DNA of 64,000 nt from Sphyrna mokarran (lineage: Eukaryota), in contig JAGIQG010000005.1 in NCBI GenBank assembly GCA_024679065.1, positions 51,894,001-51,958,000 on the forward strand, given 5' to 3'. Shown in pieces: positions 46,906 to 60,010 of the stretch. The notes beneath the pieces were generated by a model that was not told where the DNA came from, searched no databases, and was given only the letters and a program-made list of their open reading frames with translations. Position 1 is the first letter of the stretch. Each line of letters starts with the position of its first letter. Made by a program: the position numbers and the translations under genes.

Positions 46906-49454
46906 TTCTTTTTAAAAACTGGACCCTTAGTTTGCCCTTCTCAGGATCCAGCCTAGCTGAGATGGCAGCAGCTGGAGCACCAGGGTAAGCCAATAAAAGT
47001 ATTAAAAATAGAGCCTTGCTAGTCAATAAAATTGTAGCTCAATCAAGTATCCTGAGAATACCTTCCAATCAAACAGGCATAAGAGCAATTAAGTCAAATT
47101 CTATTCCATGAGATATCATTTAGGCAGTAATCTACACTCTAAATATGGACATTATTAAATCAATTTTATTTTGCAATTTGACTGTAATGATGTATAATTA
47201 TTTACAACTTAAAGCACTTTCCGATGTCTAAAGCTTTAAGCTACATTTATTTTAGCACGTTGGACTAAATGCCAGAGTTCATTTAAATATGTTCCTTTTA
47301 CACCCCCAGGATCACAGTTCATGCCATAGTCAATACAAGGTATAATCTTTTCCAGTTCAATAACTTTGAAATTGGAAACCTCTATCCTGTAGACGTGACT
47401 CCACACCAAATGTGCTCCCTCAGTTTGTGCAAGTATTGTGCAATGGAGAAAGGTTATAAGGACAGACAGTAGGAAATAAAACCATTGCAAGGGTGCAGAT
47501 GGGTAGTTTGATCCATGAAGACTATGTTAACCATCATTGTTATTGATTATTGTTTGGAAACCATGGCTTTAATTTTAATTCCACTCATCTCCGTTGAAAA
47601 CCCAATGGAGGAACCTCTTGAAATTGAATGAAAAGCTGACTCACTCCTTTCCCCCCCCCACCCCAATCTGTTTAACTCCAATTGTGACAAGGGCACTTCT
47701 TTTAAGCTGGTCATGTACTTTCTAAATATTCAGGTCTGAGTGCAGCATACTCATTAAGGCCTATTCTATGACTTAAAATTGAGACTGAAGTATGAAGCAA
47801 TGATGGCTTTCCCACCAGGACAAGCCTGCCTGGGGTGATGGTCCAAGACAAAGGAGGACAAAATTTCTTTTTAATTATTTTAATTTTCTGAAGTACACCT
47901 TTTTGGCTATATTCCTAGCCTGACTTGTACCTTTCCCCACTCACTTTACCTGACCTGGCAGGGAATTCCTTCCCTGAACTCTCAGACAGACTTTCCCTAT
48001 CAAATTATTCCCTGGCAGCAGCCTCCTGTCATACAAATTCCCATTAGAGTGATTCCGATTAGAGTTGGACAGAAACTAGTGTTTGCATACGTAAATGAAA
48101 TCTGGGAGCTAAAATCTTTAGTTGAGTCTTCCTCGCAAAAGAAGGGGGTATCTACGGTTTAAAAATATAGGGAACAGATTTGAAGTGTTTTTTAATCGAC
48201 GTATATGAGTCGATTCAGGACTCTATTACAACATCACTGTATTACCATGATGTAACAAGTGAGGGATCCACACAATCCACATCAGAACACTTCAGCATTC
48301 ACGGAGAAATGTCAGAGTGCCACAAATAATCAAAAAAGTATAACTGCTTACGAATCCCAAATAGCCCAATCCAGCACGAAATTAATTTCACTTTCTGCTC
48401 CTGCAAACCTTCCATGTGCATACATTTCCTTAATGATCGGAATATCTAATGACATTCATTTCCAGGCCAGGAAAGCAAAGCTGACTGAGAGCAAATCAGT
48501 AATATTAACTACTATTTACCACTGATGACAACAGTTGAGAGATAATTCATACATTTACGACATTTTGAGGTATTTATCTCTTTACACTGTGGTATTTTCT
48601 TAAAATCACAATTGTATGTCATTCTCTAAAGTGGCGGTTCCCAAATCATGGTACCTGTATATCTCTAGGAGTATACAGGAGAAATTGTCTAATGGCAGAT
48701 TCTCTCACACATCCCCACTGCTTATGCTCTCTCTCACATGCTCCCTTATTTGTTTTCTCTCATTTTGCTGTACCATGGTGCGATTTGCATTATATTATGA
48801 GCTGCAGACTGTCAGTCACCAGCATTGGTGGCAGGATGGGCAGTTAAATAAGAGTCGGTGGTGTTGGTTGGCAACATTTGATCCACTTTAAACCTTTTGG
48901 TAAATTGAGCTGCTGCTTGCCTTATTAATTCAGTTTAGAATTAAAAGGAAGACTTGCAATTAAGAATATTACCCAAGCTGACCACTGACCAAACATTACA
49001 AGAAGTGCTGGAGATGCATCACAAACATCATAGAATCATCGAAATCAGAATCATAGAATCATAGAAACATGATGGAATAATCTTTGGTTTATTTAGCTTG
49101 CAACTGTCTAAGATTTTCTTCTCCTCCTCCTAGTGCCCTCCCCCTACAGATTTAGTTTTGACTTTTATGTTACTATTTTGGGGAGGAATTCAAATTACTT
49201 CATGTTTTGCAAACAGTTATTTTATTTCAAAAATGTTAACTTATTTTCACCTTATTCATACGCTGAATAAGACCGATCTGATCTCTTTGTAAGATTGATC
49301 ATTTTTATTACACCAATTTCAAATTAAATTTCAAATGCATTAAGTCAACAAAATATGAACTACTTTAATCAACAATGTAATACTTAGAGAAAATAAAATA
49401 CTCAAAGCAACATATCTAAGCTTTTACATATATTTAAAGCATATCTAAAGTAGA

Positions 49455-49770
49455 CAATGGCCTTATGGTATCATCATTTGATTACTAATCCAAAAACTCA
49501 GCTAATGTTGTGGGGACTCATGGCAGATGTGGAATTTGAATTCAATGAAAAAAATCTAAAATTAAGAATTTCCTGATGACCATGAAACCTTTGTGGATTG
49601 CCAAAAAATCCCATCCAGTTCACTAATGTTCTTTAGTGAAGGAAATCTGTCATCCTTACGTGGTCTGACCTACATGTGCCTCCAGAGCCACAGCAATGTA
49701 ATTGACTCCCAAGAGCATTGAGTGCTGGCCAACCAGTGATGCCCATGTACCATGAGTGAATAAAAAATGC
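49455..49770 (+). mobile_element. tRNA-headed SINE (third family)
   Basis: ATGGCCTTATGGTATCATC...AACTCAGCTAATGTT...GAAGGAAATCTG...GATGCCCATGTACCATGAGTGAATAAAAAA. Confidence 0.85.
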
Positions 49771-51572
49771 TATTGTTAGATGTGGTTTATAGTAACTACA
49801 ATTGGACGCATTATAGAAATTATACATCTGGAAGAATAGAAAAATTCATTTAAAAAAGCAGTGGTTGCAACATCAGATAACACCCAGTGTGAAGAGGTAC
49901 AGCACAGGAAAAATAACCTTTTGTGTTTTTGAACTTTGTAGTATCTAAAAACGCTTCTGGAAAATGTCAGATTGGAAATATTGATCATAATTGGCAGAGT
50001 ACTTTAGTTTTTTACTCAATTTAGGTTAAACTGAGGGGTCTATCACCCTAGATTTAGGTGAAACTGGAGGGAGGAGTCCTCTCTGTACCCATGAATTGCC
50101 CAGTGAATCCCAAAGCAGCTCCAGCTAATGCTCCAGCTCCAGCCAATACTCTACAATTTTGTTGCTGCACACAGCCATAAATGCAGCATTTAAATGGAAC
50201 AAGGCCTGGACAATATCTTCCAGGCTGCCACACTGCTGAGCACACATGCACCTTGGCAGGCACATAGGTTCCAACAAAAGCAATGAGCTAAGTTTGGATC
50301 CAAATGCAAGCAGTTTCCTGAAGTATTACTGTCTGGATACTATTTGCTACACCTTAACCTTGTGTGAAAGTGATTTTCATCACTGAGAGCAATGAAATCA
50401 GGAGTATCATTCATGCCTTATAATGCAACACTCAAGAATGACAGAACCTCCACTTTAATCCTAAATTGACTTAAAAACTAAGACACTCTGCTATCATTCT
50501 AGACATGCATACACTCAAAAAACTCACCTGATGTATTCATGGTGAAGCGATTGTTTAAATTTTGCATGTATATTGTTTAGAATGTGTGCGTTTTGACAAT
50601 GCTTGGGTATTAATGAGATTGCAGTTTTAAATCTGTATGCTGGGAGGGAAAGTCAGGCAGCTGATGGCTCTGGAAGGCATTTTGAACGTGTAATGCATTT
50701 GAACCTCTGTTCTACTAATTGTTTTTAATTTTTTAAAAACAGGAAACAATTACAATACACATCAGGTTGTTCACTAATTAAAAGAGAAAAACAGATTTGC
50801 TGGACATTTTGGCACTTGCACATTTCCAATAAGTAGGTATGCGTATAGGGACTGCAGGTCAGAGAATTAGGTGACAATGCTTCAGGTACATCTTTCACCC
50901 AATATCCTCTGGGTACAACTCATTGTTAGAGAGTAGGATTAATCCTGTTGTTTCAGTGCAGTCGTTCATTAGAATTCAATTTTAGGATTTTGTTTTAATG
51001 ATATCCATCCTGAAGCAACATAACAAAATAATTATTTAAAACAGTTAAATCATTTTAACTTTAATCCAAATAATCTCTCACCTGCCTCTGGGCAGAGGGT
51101 CCAGGACCGAGATGAGTGTAACTCTGAACAGGTTCTGTCTTGCAGAAGGAGAATCTATGCATTTTTGAATTTATGTTTGAGTTCACAAACAAGCAGAATG
51201 TACCTGGGACTGGGCAGTCATATGCGGGAAATTGACATTGGTATAAAACTATTTTTTATATCTATTTATATATTTATATTTAAAATATTTGTAAAAAATA
51301 TCTTTAAAAACTTGTGAGTTCAGGATTTGCAACCTGAGAAGCAGGATTATGATGGACACTAGAATAATGAAATGCAATCTATTAAAAAATCTGAGTGGTG
51401 TGGAGGAGAGGGTGAGGGGGGCAACAGTAGATTTAAGGGCAAGATGAATGACAATGAAGAGATGCTAAGCTGCAGAATACACAGTTGACCAGGTAGCTCA
51501 AAGGCAAAGAGTTTGGAATAACTATAGAAATGAGAAATTGGCAAGGCAAAGAAATAGGTGATTGTAATTATT

Positions 51573-51882
51573 ATTCATTTGTGGGATATGGGCATTGCTG
51601 CCTGGCCAGCATTTGTTGCTCATCTCAAATAGCCCGAGGCAGTTGTAAGTCAACCACATTTCTGTGGTGCTAGAGTCACATGTTGGCCAGACCGGATAAT
51701 GAGGCAGATTTCTTTCCCTCAAGGACATTAGTGAACCAGATGAGTTTTTCCTGCAATCAACGATGGTTTCATGGTCATCAGTAGATTCTTAACTCCAGAT
51801 TTTTTTTATTCAATTCAAATACCACCATCTGACGTGAAGAATTTTTAACCTGGTCCCCAGAACATTAGCTGAGTTTCTTCCC
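51573..51882 (-). mobile_element. tRNA-headed SINE (third family), head partly deleted
   Basis: GGCAGATTTCTTTCCCTCAAGGACATTAGTGAACCAGATG...GTCCCCAGAACATTAGCTGAGTTTCT. Confidence 0.85.
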
Positions 51883-51953
51883 ATGTGACGGGAATGAAAA
51901 AAAAACATGTGACAAAAAGAAGAAATGGGAAGCATTGAACCATAGAATAATGC

Positions 51954-52060
51954 AGACTCGCTTCAGCAGCACATATACTAAAACTGGAACGATACAGGGA
52001 AGATTGGCATGGCCCTTGTACAAGGCTGACATGCAAACTGATGAAGTGATCCATATCTTT
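51954..52060 (+). pseudogene. RNU6: U6 snRNA pseudogene, full length
   Basis: Aligns without gaps to vertebrate U6 (CTCGCTTC-GCAGCACATATACTAAAA-TGGAACGATACAG-GAAGATT-GCATGGCCC...), about 18 mismatches in 107 nt by hand count. ACAGAGA box is ACAGGGA and the AGC triad is GGC. No TATA near -30. Confidence 0.95.
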
Positions 52061-52404
52061 TCAAGCTGGAGATCCACCACGGGGCAAGTTCCTGTCTGTC
52101 CAGCCTTTGCCTTTCGGCATTCCCGCATGTCCCAGCCCTTGTTTTTCAGAGCTCCCTTGGTGTTCTTAGCTGAGTGTCCTAGGGTTTGAAGTATTTTACT
52201 TCGAAAAAATCAGAATGATGCAGAATGAATGAAGGTGATTTTGCTGGATTTTTGAAAAAATTATCAAGAGGGGCTCCCTTCCTTGCTCTTTCTTATAGCC
52301 CTGCAACATTTCCTCTCCACCCCATTCAAGTACTTACGCACTTTACTGTCGAAAGTTATTCTTGTATCTGCTACCACCATCCTTTCACGCAATTCATTAC
52401 AGCT

Positions 52405-52660
52405 AGCACAGTAATTAGCAGTGCCGTGGACCTGGGTTCAATTCCCAGTTTGGGTCACTGTCTGTGTGGAGTTTGCACATTCTCCCCGTGTCAACGTGGG
52501 TTTCCTCCAGGTGCTCAGATTACTTCACACACTCTGAGAGACATGCTGGTTTGGTGCATTGACCCGAACAGGCGCCGGAGTGTGGCAACTAGGGGAAATG
52601 TCACAGTAATGTCATTGCAGTGTTAATGAAAGACTTACTTGTGAATAATAAATAAACTTT
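52405..52660 (+). mobile_element. V-SINE with the alternative (Rex-like) tail
   Basis: V-core, then CCCGAACAGGCGCCGGAGTGTGGCAACTAGGGGAAATGTCACAGTAATG...TTACTTGTGAATAATAAATAAAC. Confidence 0.88.
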
Positions 52661-53064
52661 ACTTTTTCTAACAGCCTGTTGCATGGAAAATTCTAATTCT
52701 GTCATGTCTATTTTTTTTAACCACTTATTTTACATCTCTGCCTTTAATTGCTGACCCTCTGCCACTGAAAAACATTTCTTATTTACTCTGTTAAAGCCCC
52801 TCATCATTTTGAATACTGTATTAAGCTCCTTCCTATTCAAAATCTTTGACTTCTTGTTGAGCAAACCATTTTTGAGAATTTGAAGCTAATTTATTTTGAT
52901 TAATTCTGAGAAATGTAAACAAAGAATACCTGATAAAACCTTTTCTGTTTAGAATTGACAGAATTACCACCAAGATGATTATGACCAACAGCAATTCACT
53001 GAGGAATATGTGTGTGGACCCAACATAAGTCAATTCTTATTTCTACATGGCTCAACCTGATAAT

Positions 53065-53880
53065 GGCAACACAGTGGCATAGTGGTTATAGAGTCATACT
53101 CATAGAAGTTTACAGCATGGAAACAGGCCCTTCAGCCCAACTCGTCCATGCTGATGTTTTTTTTAAAAAACCCATAATTTAATCCCAATTGCCTGCATTT
53201 GGTCCATATTCCTCTATACCCATCATACCCATGTAATTGTCTAAATGCTTTTTAAAAGGCAAAATTGTATCCGCTTCTACTACTATCTCTGACAACTTGT
53301 TCCAGACACTGATCACCCTCTGTGTGAAAAAATTGCCCCTCTGGACACTGTTCTATCACTCGCCTCTCACCTTAAACCTCTGCCCTCTAGTTTTAGACTC
53401 CCCTATCTTTGGGAAAAGATATTGACTATCTATCTGATCTTTGCCCCTCTATAAGATCACTCCTCAGCTTCCTATGCTCCAGAGAGAAAAGTCCCAGTCT
53501 ATCCAGCCTCTCCTTATAACTCAATCTATGAAGAGCCAGTAGCACAAGAGGTTAGCACTGCTGCCTCACAGTGTGAGAGAGCCAGGTTCAATTCCAACCT
53601 CAAGTCACTATCTGTGTGGCGTTTGTACATTTCTCCTCGTGTCAGCGTGGGTTTCCTCCAAGTGCTGCAGTTTCTCCTTCGCAGTTCAAAGATTTGCTGG
53701 TTAGTTTTGATTGGCCACGTTAAAATATTCCCTTAATGTCCCAAGGTGTGCAGGTTAAAAGGGATTAAATACGTGCAGTTACAAGGATAGGGTCTGGGTA
53801 AGATGTTCAACTGGAGAGTCGGTGCAGACTTGATGAGCAGAATGACCTGCTTCTTCGTGATAGATCTTCTATGATTTTAT
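53065..53880 (+). mobile_element. HE1-like V-SINE whose head is split by a CR1
   Basis: Head GGCAACACAGTGGCATAGTGGTTA at 53065-53088 resumes at 53548 as GAGGTTAGCACTGCTGCCTCACAG. Confidence 0.85.
53089..53545 (-). mobile_element. CR1 3' end, same subfamily as 54780-56020
   Basis: TAGAGTCATA...TACAGCATGGAAACAGGCCCTTCAGCCCAAC; flanking duplication GTGGTTA/GAGGTTA. Confidence 0.88.
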
Positions 53881-53939
53881 GTTAATTGTACAGTATCTAT
53901 CCTGACTAATGGAAGAGCAATTGGTACAGTTAATCCTCA

Positions 53940-54220
53940 TTTCCAAATCCCTCTTTGGCATTCTAATCTGTGCAATGATCTCCAGTTCCTGAACTCTTCC
54001 CCAGTTCTAATCATGCCATTAATGTCTTCAGCTGTTTAAATATTAAAGTCTGCAATTCCCTTGCAAAATGGCTCTTCCTGTTTGTTCTTCTCTCCTCTTT
54101 TATGATATTCTTTAAAATATCTTACCATCTTTCTTATTTATCTCCTTACGTGGCTCAATGTCATGTTATGTTTGATAATATTCCAATGAAGCACTTTGGA
54201 ATGCTCTATTATGTTAAATT
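53940..54220 (+). mobile_element. L2 LINE 3' end, old
   Basis: TCTCCTTACGTGGCTCAATGTC...TTTGATAATATTCCAATGAAGCACTTTGGAATG...TATGTTAAA. Confidence 0.7.
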
Positions 54221-54779
54221 CGGTATCGAATCATACAAGTTGTTTTTATTGTGGTCTGTAATTTATACTCCAAAATAGACGAGAGCATCTGAATATAAGG
54301 GAGGGGCAGTGGAAAGGAGAGTGACTTCCATCTGGTGGTAGGATGGTTGGCTATGCGTGATCCTGTGCGGTTCTGCTTATTACACAAGATAAACTGGGAA
54401 CTTGGCAAATACTACAGTGGGGGGAGGAAGTGACCCCACTTTTAACTCATGGGATCAAAAGTGCTGGTACCATACTTACAGCACACCCAAACAACCATTC
54501 ACCCATTCACTGCAAGCAAGGAACATCAGACTAGCTTATACGTCGAGACACCTAACGTGGATCCTAACATACTTAGAGCAGTCTGGCTACCTACCCTGGA
54601 TACCCTCCCTCACTTCCCCACCTTAGCAGGCCTTCCTTTTCCAGCCTCTGCACAGCTTCCAGAACCCAATCTCAACCAGAAGGCTGACATTTCTGAGCAA
54701 TCCTCGAGGTGGTTGAAATAGCAGCTATTTGCTTCAAAATCCAGGAAGAATTTAATCTCACCAGCTACATGCCACTTAT

Positions 54780-56020
54780 AGAGTCATAGAGACTTACAGC
54801 ATGGAAACAGATCTTGTGGCCCAACTTGTCCATGCTGCCCCTTTTTTTTTTAAAACCGTAAGCTAATCCCAATTGCCTGTATTTGGCCTGAATCCCTCTA
54901 TACCCATGGTACCCATGTAACTATCTAAATGTTTTTTAAAAGACAAAATTGTATCCGCCTCTACTACTATCTCTGGCAGCTTATTTCTGACACTCACCAT
55001 CCTCTGTGTGAAAAAGTTGCCCTCTTAATACTTTTGTATCTCTCCCTTCTCATCTTAAACCTATACCCTCTAGTTTTAGATTCCCCGACCTTTGGGATAA
55101 GATGTCGAGTATCTAGCTGATCAGTGCCCCTCATCATTTTTTAGACCTCTATAAGATCACTCCTCAGCCTCCTGCGTTCCAGAGAAAAAAAGCCCCAGTC
55201 TATCCAGCTTCTCCTCATAATTCAGTCCATCAAGTCTGGGGAGCATCCTGCACTCTTTCTAGTTTAATAATTTCCTTTCTACAATAGGGTGATCAGAATT
55301 GCACACAGTATTCCAAGTGTGGCCTTACCAATGTTTTGTACACCTTCAACAAGACATCCCAACTCTTGTATCTAATGTTGTGACCAATGAAACCAAGCAT
55401 GCCGAATGCCTTCTTTACCACTCTGTCCATCTGTGACTCCACTTTCAAGTAACTATGAACATGTACCCCTAGATCCCTTTGTTCTGTAACTCTCCCCAAC
55501 ACCCTACCAATAACTAAGTAAGTCCTACCCTGGTTCAATCTACCAAAATGCATCACCTCGCATTTGTCTAAATTAAACTCCATTTGCCATTTGTTAGCCC
55601 ACTGGCCCAATTGAACAAGACCCTGTTGCAATTGGACATAACTTTCTTCACTGTCCACCATGCCACCAATCTTAGTGTCATCTGAAAACTTACCAACCTT
55701 ACTTGCTATATTCTCATCCAAATCATTAATATAAATCACAAATAACAGTGGACCTAGCACTGATCTCTGAGACACACCGCTGGTCACAGGCCTTCAGTTT
55801 GAAAAACAACTCTCTACAACCACCCTCTGGCTCTGTCAAGAAGCCAATTTTGTCTCCATTTAGATACTTCACTCTGGATCCTGTGAGATTTAACCTTATG
55901 CAACAAGCTACCATGTGGTACCTTGTCAAAGGCCTTGCTAAAGTCCATGTAGACAACATCAACTGCATTGTCCTCATCTACCTTCTTGGTTACTCCTTCA
56001 AAAAACTCAATCAAATTTAT
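54780..56020 (-). mobile_element. CR1 LINE, 1.2-kb 3' portion
   Basis: ORFs 55293-55787 ([27 protein letters not shown]) and 55814-56107 ([17 protein letters not shown]). Confidence 0.93.
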
Positions 56021-56189
56021 GTGCAGTTTCAAATGTGAACATTCTAATTTTTTGTTGGCCTTTTCATGAACATGTACAAAATACAAATGCGTGAAAAGGG
56101 TTTCCAAACACTGATCACCAGGAATCTCAACCTGTCATTAAAGTCCAGAGGACATATTTGCAATATTCATCCTTCTGTTAGAAAACTGA

Positions 56190-56340
56190 CTTTGATTTAA
56201 TTTGATTTATTATTGTCACATGTCTTCGCATACAATGAAAAGTATTGTTTCTTGCACGCTATATAAACAAAACATACCATTCATGAAAAAGGAAACAAGA
56301 AAGTGCAGAATGTAGCGAACAAGAGTAAAAGATAGAATTA
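56190..56340 (-). mobile_element. Rex1/Babar 3' tail fragment
   Basis: GATTTATTATTGTCACATG...TGAAAAGTATTG...AAAACATACCATTCAT, homologous to 42598-42720. Confidence 0.8.
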
Positions 56341-56664
56341 GAAGGTATGCGAGGCACAGCTTGCAAGAAGTTGCCTCACCCCGGCGCCATCTTGAAAAAA
56401 AAACATTTTGGCCTTCTTCCACATTAAGCTCCCTAACAGTGTAGCGACAATTGTACCCTTTGGCAATTACACTGTTTAGCCATTGGCACCGTCAAACACA
56501 GGTCATGATGACATAGGCTGAACTTCCAAAAGATGATAAATGGACACAGCTGAAACAGTTTGGTATGGGAAAGCAGGTGGTCACAATGTTGAGCTTTCTG
56601 AGAATAAACTTGTTTAATGTAAAAGATAAGCTTCAGACTTATTCCTTCACTATATTCTTTTTTT

Positions 56665-57400
56665 AATTCATATATGGGATATGAGTGTTGCTTGCTAAGA
56701 CAGCAAGCTCATTCCTAGTTGCCCTTGAGAAGGTGTCCCCGAGGTGTAGGTACACCCACAATTCTGTTAGGGAGGACATTCCAGGATTTTGATCTAAGGA
56801 CAGTGAAACAATGATAATATATTTCCAAGTCAGGATGGTGAATGATTTGGAGAGGAATTTCCAGGTTATGGTCTTCCCAGGTATCTGCTGTCTTGTCCTC
56901 ATATATGGCAGTGGTTGTGGGCTGGGAAGGTGCTGTCTAAGGAATCTCATTGAATTCCTGCAGTGCATCAAGTAGATGGTATATACCACTTTTCTGCTCA
57001 CTGGGTGGTGGAGAGACTGAATATTTGTAGAAGGGGTAGCAATCAAGTGGTTTGCAGTGGCCAGGATGCTGTCAAGCTTCTTGAGTACTGTTGAAACTGC
57101 ACTCATCCAGGCAAGTGGAGACTATTCTATCATATACCTGACTTGTGCCTTGTAGGTGGTGGACAGATTTTGGGAAGTCAGGAGGTCAGTTACTCACCAC
57201 ATGTTTCCTAGCCTCTGACCTGTTCTTGTAGCCATTATATTCATTTGGCAAGTCCAGTTCAGTTTCTGATCAATGGTAACCTCCAGGGTATTGATAGGTG
57301 GGATTCAGAGATGGTAATGCCATAAATGTCAAGGGGTGATGGTTAGACCCTGTTTTGTTGGAGATGGTCATTTCCTTGCACGTCTATGGTGTAAATTATT
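56665..57400 (-). mobile_element. Divergent CR1-clade (Zenon-like) LINE 3' portion
   Basis: ORF 56663-57106 MSAVSTVLKKLDSIL...IATPSTNIQSLHH...YTIYLMHCRNSMRFLRQHLP; tail matches the 26900-27020 region. Confidence 0.82.
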
Positions 57401-59269
57401 GTGCATTCAGATTAGACCTGATGCCAGCTATAATGTGTTGGAGTTTAGGAATGCCTGTTCTAAGAAATTGTTAAATGTATTAGCAGAGTGGTGTCTTATG
57501 TTGTAATGGAAAATTACATCTTTTTGTGATTATGTCTATATATAAATGCAGGAACTGTAATATTAAAGCATATATATTTTATTTTCTTTTTAAATGTGCT
57601 CTTGAATTTCTTTTTCTTTCTGAATCTTTAATTTGAAAGAAAGAGAGGGGAATCTGTCAATGTATCAGCAATTGTATCTTCAGCAATTACACTGTTAAGC
57701 CAATTGCATTGTTAATGACAGGTGATGATCTTTGGCTCAACCCTCAAAAGGGTATAAATGGACACAGCTGGGACAGTTGACTTTAAAAGAGAAAAACAGT
57801 AATTTACTAACAATTCTTTCTTAACCTTGGCACTCTATCCTAGTCCCATCCTCATTCACAAATCTGTCCTGCTTAATTCAAGCAAATGGTTCTGGTTTTG
57901 TTTAAAATAAAAGACTTATTCTTGCATCATATACTATTTCTGGAATGAACATTCCATTGCTTGTCAAGATTCTTACTGCTGATAGGACTGGAAGATTCTA
58001 ACTCTTATACAGCTGGAGGTCAACTGTATGAAATTTCTTTTACATTCTGCAACCTGAAATATTGCAGGTGTAATAAAATATGAACGTTTTACTGCATGAA
58101 GTAAGTCACAATCTATTCAGCACTATTGATGTGTTGTTAATCACAAGTAAAACATTTGACTAAGCTAGTTCAATTAAGTAATTAGCAGTTACTAAAATTG
58201 TGCTCTATAAATTTTCAGCAAATTCTGCAATTAATTTAACTAGGACACAAACATTCTTATCGACAGGGAATCGGAGTTCTTTCTATTGCTCACCATGCCA
58301 TTTCAGGAGCATCTTCAGTAATTGCAATGATTAACCTTTGCGTTTGACCTATCAAGGCAATTTATCAAGCTCCCGTTGCAAAGAATCTGTGTCATTATAA
58401 TTTAAAATACAAAAATACAGCACCAATATGGATTGGCATGTGGGTTATTTACACATTGACAATTTTGCTGCTTATTGCCGTGACACGCTAATGGAGCTTT
58501 TCACTAAAACATTTCTTGTCATTTATAAATTGGTATAATAAGATGGTTAACAGTATTACTATGACTAATTTCAACAAGTGTTTTTGTATATACTTACAGA
58601 AGGTAGCACACAGAAGCAAAAGATAGTCGAAGGAGGATCAAAGAAGGGCTACCATTCCAAGATGACAGTTTAAAAAAAACCTGTCCAACAGGATTTTTGA
58701 TTTTTGAAAATAAATCTCTCCATCAAGGTAACATACACAAGGGAGAGAATGATGTAGAGAAAAGTTGGAGATCAATCCCAATTTAATAATCATTACCACC
58801 ATTGCTCCTTTGCTTTTAGTCTTTGTTTATCCACTCACTTATTCCATGAAAGCAGATGTTGATTGGAAGAAAGATTGCCTGTTTCAGCAGGGGGTTAGGA
58901 GGTCCTCCAAAAACACACTCAGAAGGAAATGAGAGTTTGCAGCCAGAGGGGCCAAGTCTAGCCCCACGGACCTGACAGAAGTGTGACAAGAAATCTCATA
59001 ATCTCACCAGGCTGGTCAAAGTCAGTAAGTGTATTTTCAAAAGACATTTTTTGCCAACAGCACCACCAGTTTTTTAGGCTGTTCAAGGCACCATATCCCA
59101 TCATCCAACCATCAGCAATCTCCAGCAATAAGGATTCACATCTAATATTCAGATATGCCAACTCATTCTCACATGACCACCAAAGATGCCAGCTTCTCAT
59201 TACCTTCAGCTATTTAGCTGTCGCAGGCATATTACTCAAACACAGTGCCATCCACTTATAATTCAGTTA

Positions 59270-59640
59270 AAGGCTCAAGAGCAAAGGAGATAGAAGAACC
59301 CAGAGAGAGGCAGAAATATTTTAGGAAATCACAAGATGGTTGCCAGATATATTAGTGCAATGAAATGCACACGCTGAAGTACAATGATGTAGATTTACTG
59401 GAAAATGCTCACATCAGAGCTGAACTTGAAGATTTGAATTGCAAAATTAAAACTGAATATAGATCTGCGAAAATGCATGATAAACTGTAGTTAGTCAAGA
59501 CACAAACCTTTGTTGATTGTCAACTGACATGGAAATTTGGGAAAGGCATAGAGAAATTGTCACCTCAATCATATGCAGTGGAAGTGAACAATTGAACTTC
59601 AGGTAGGCATATCCAAGCAACTAAAAAAAGCCCCTGCCAC
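59270..59640 (+). mobile_element. Gypsy/Ty3 LTR-retrotransposon pol relic (integrase C-terminal segment)
   Basis: 59521-59634 reads QLTWKFGKGIEKLSPQSYAVEVNN*TSGRHIQATKKSP, matching the W..G....K..PRSY.V.......RNRRH pattern. Confidence 0.55.
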
Positions 59641-59869
59641 ATTCTCACTCCGTGATCATTTATTAAAAACTGAGGTAAAATATTTATCATCCCTGATATT
59701 TCATTTTCCACAATTCAATTTCCCCCTTTCAATTATGGTATGTCTTAACTCCCTTTTTGATTATTCCTTTATTTGTAATATGTTTTTAATAACTAGTATT
59801 AAATTAGTATTTCCATTTATTGTCTGCTGTCTATTTTCATATTTCTTACTTTCTTTCTTAATCTTCCTC

Positions 59870-60010
59870 CTAGAGTCCAAGAGACGTGCTGGGTAGATGC
59901 TAAATTCTCCCTCAATGTATCCAAACAGGCGCTGGTGACTCAGAGATTTTTACAATAACCACACTGCACATTAAGGTAAGTCTACTTGTGAAACTAATAA
60001 ATAAATTTAA
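59870..60010 (+). mobile_element. V-SINE 3' half with the alternative tail
   Basis: GTCCAAGAGACGTGCTGG...TGCTAAATTCTCCCTCA...CTACTTGTGAAACTAATAAATAAA. Confidence 0.8.

Noticed and set aside
51865-52175. TTAGCTGAGT direct repeat (51865-51874 and 52166-52175) as a TSD around U6
   Set aside because: The first copy is part of the SINE head and the SINE does not resume after the second copy, so it is probably coincidence.
53089-55200. Segmental duplication or LTR pair (53089-53545 versus 54780-55250)
   Set aside because: These are two independent 3' ends of the same CR1 subfamily with different flanks and truncation points.
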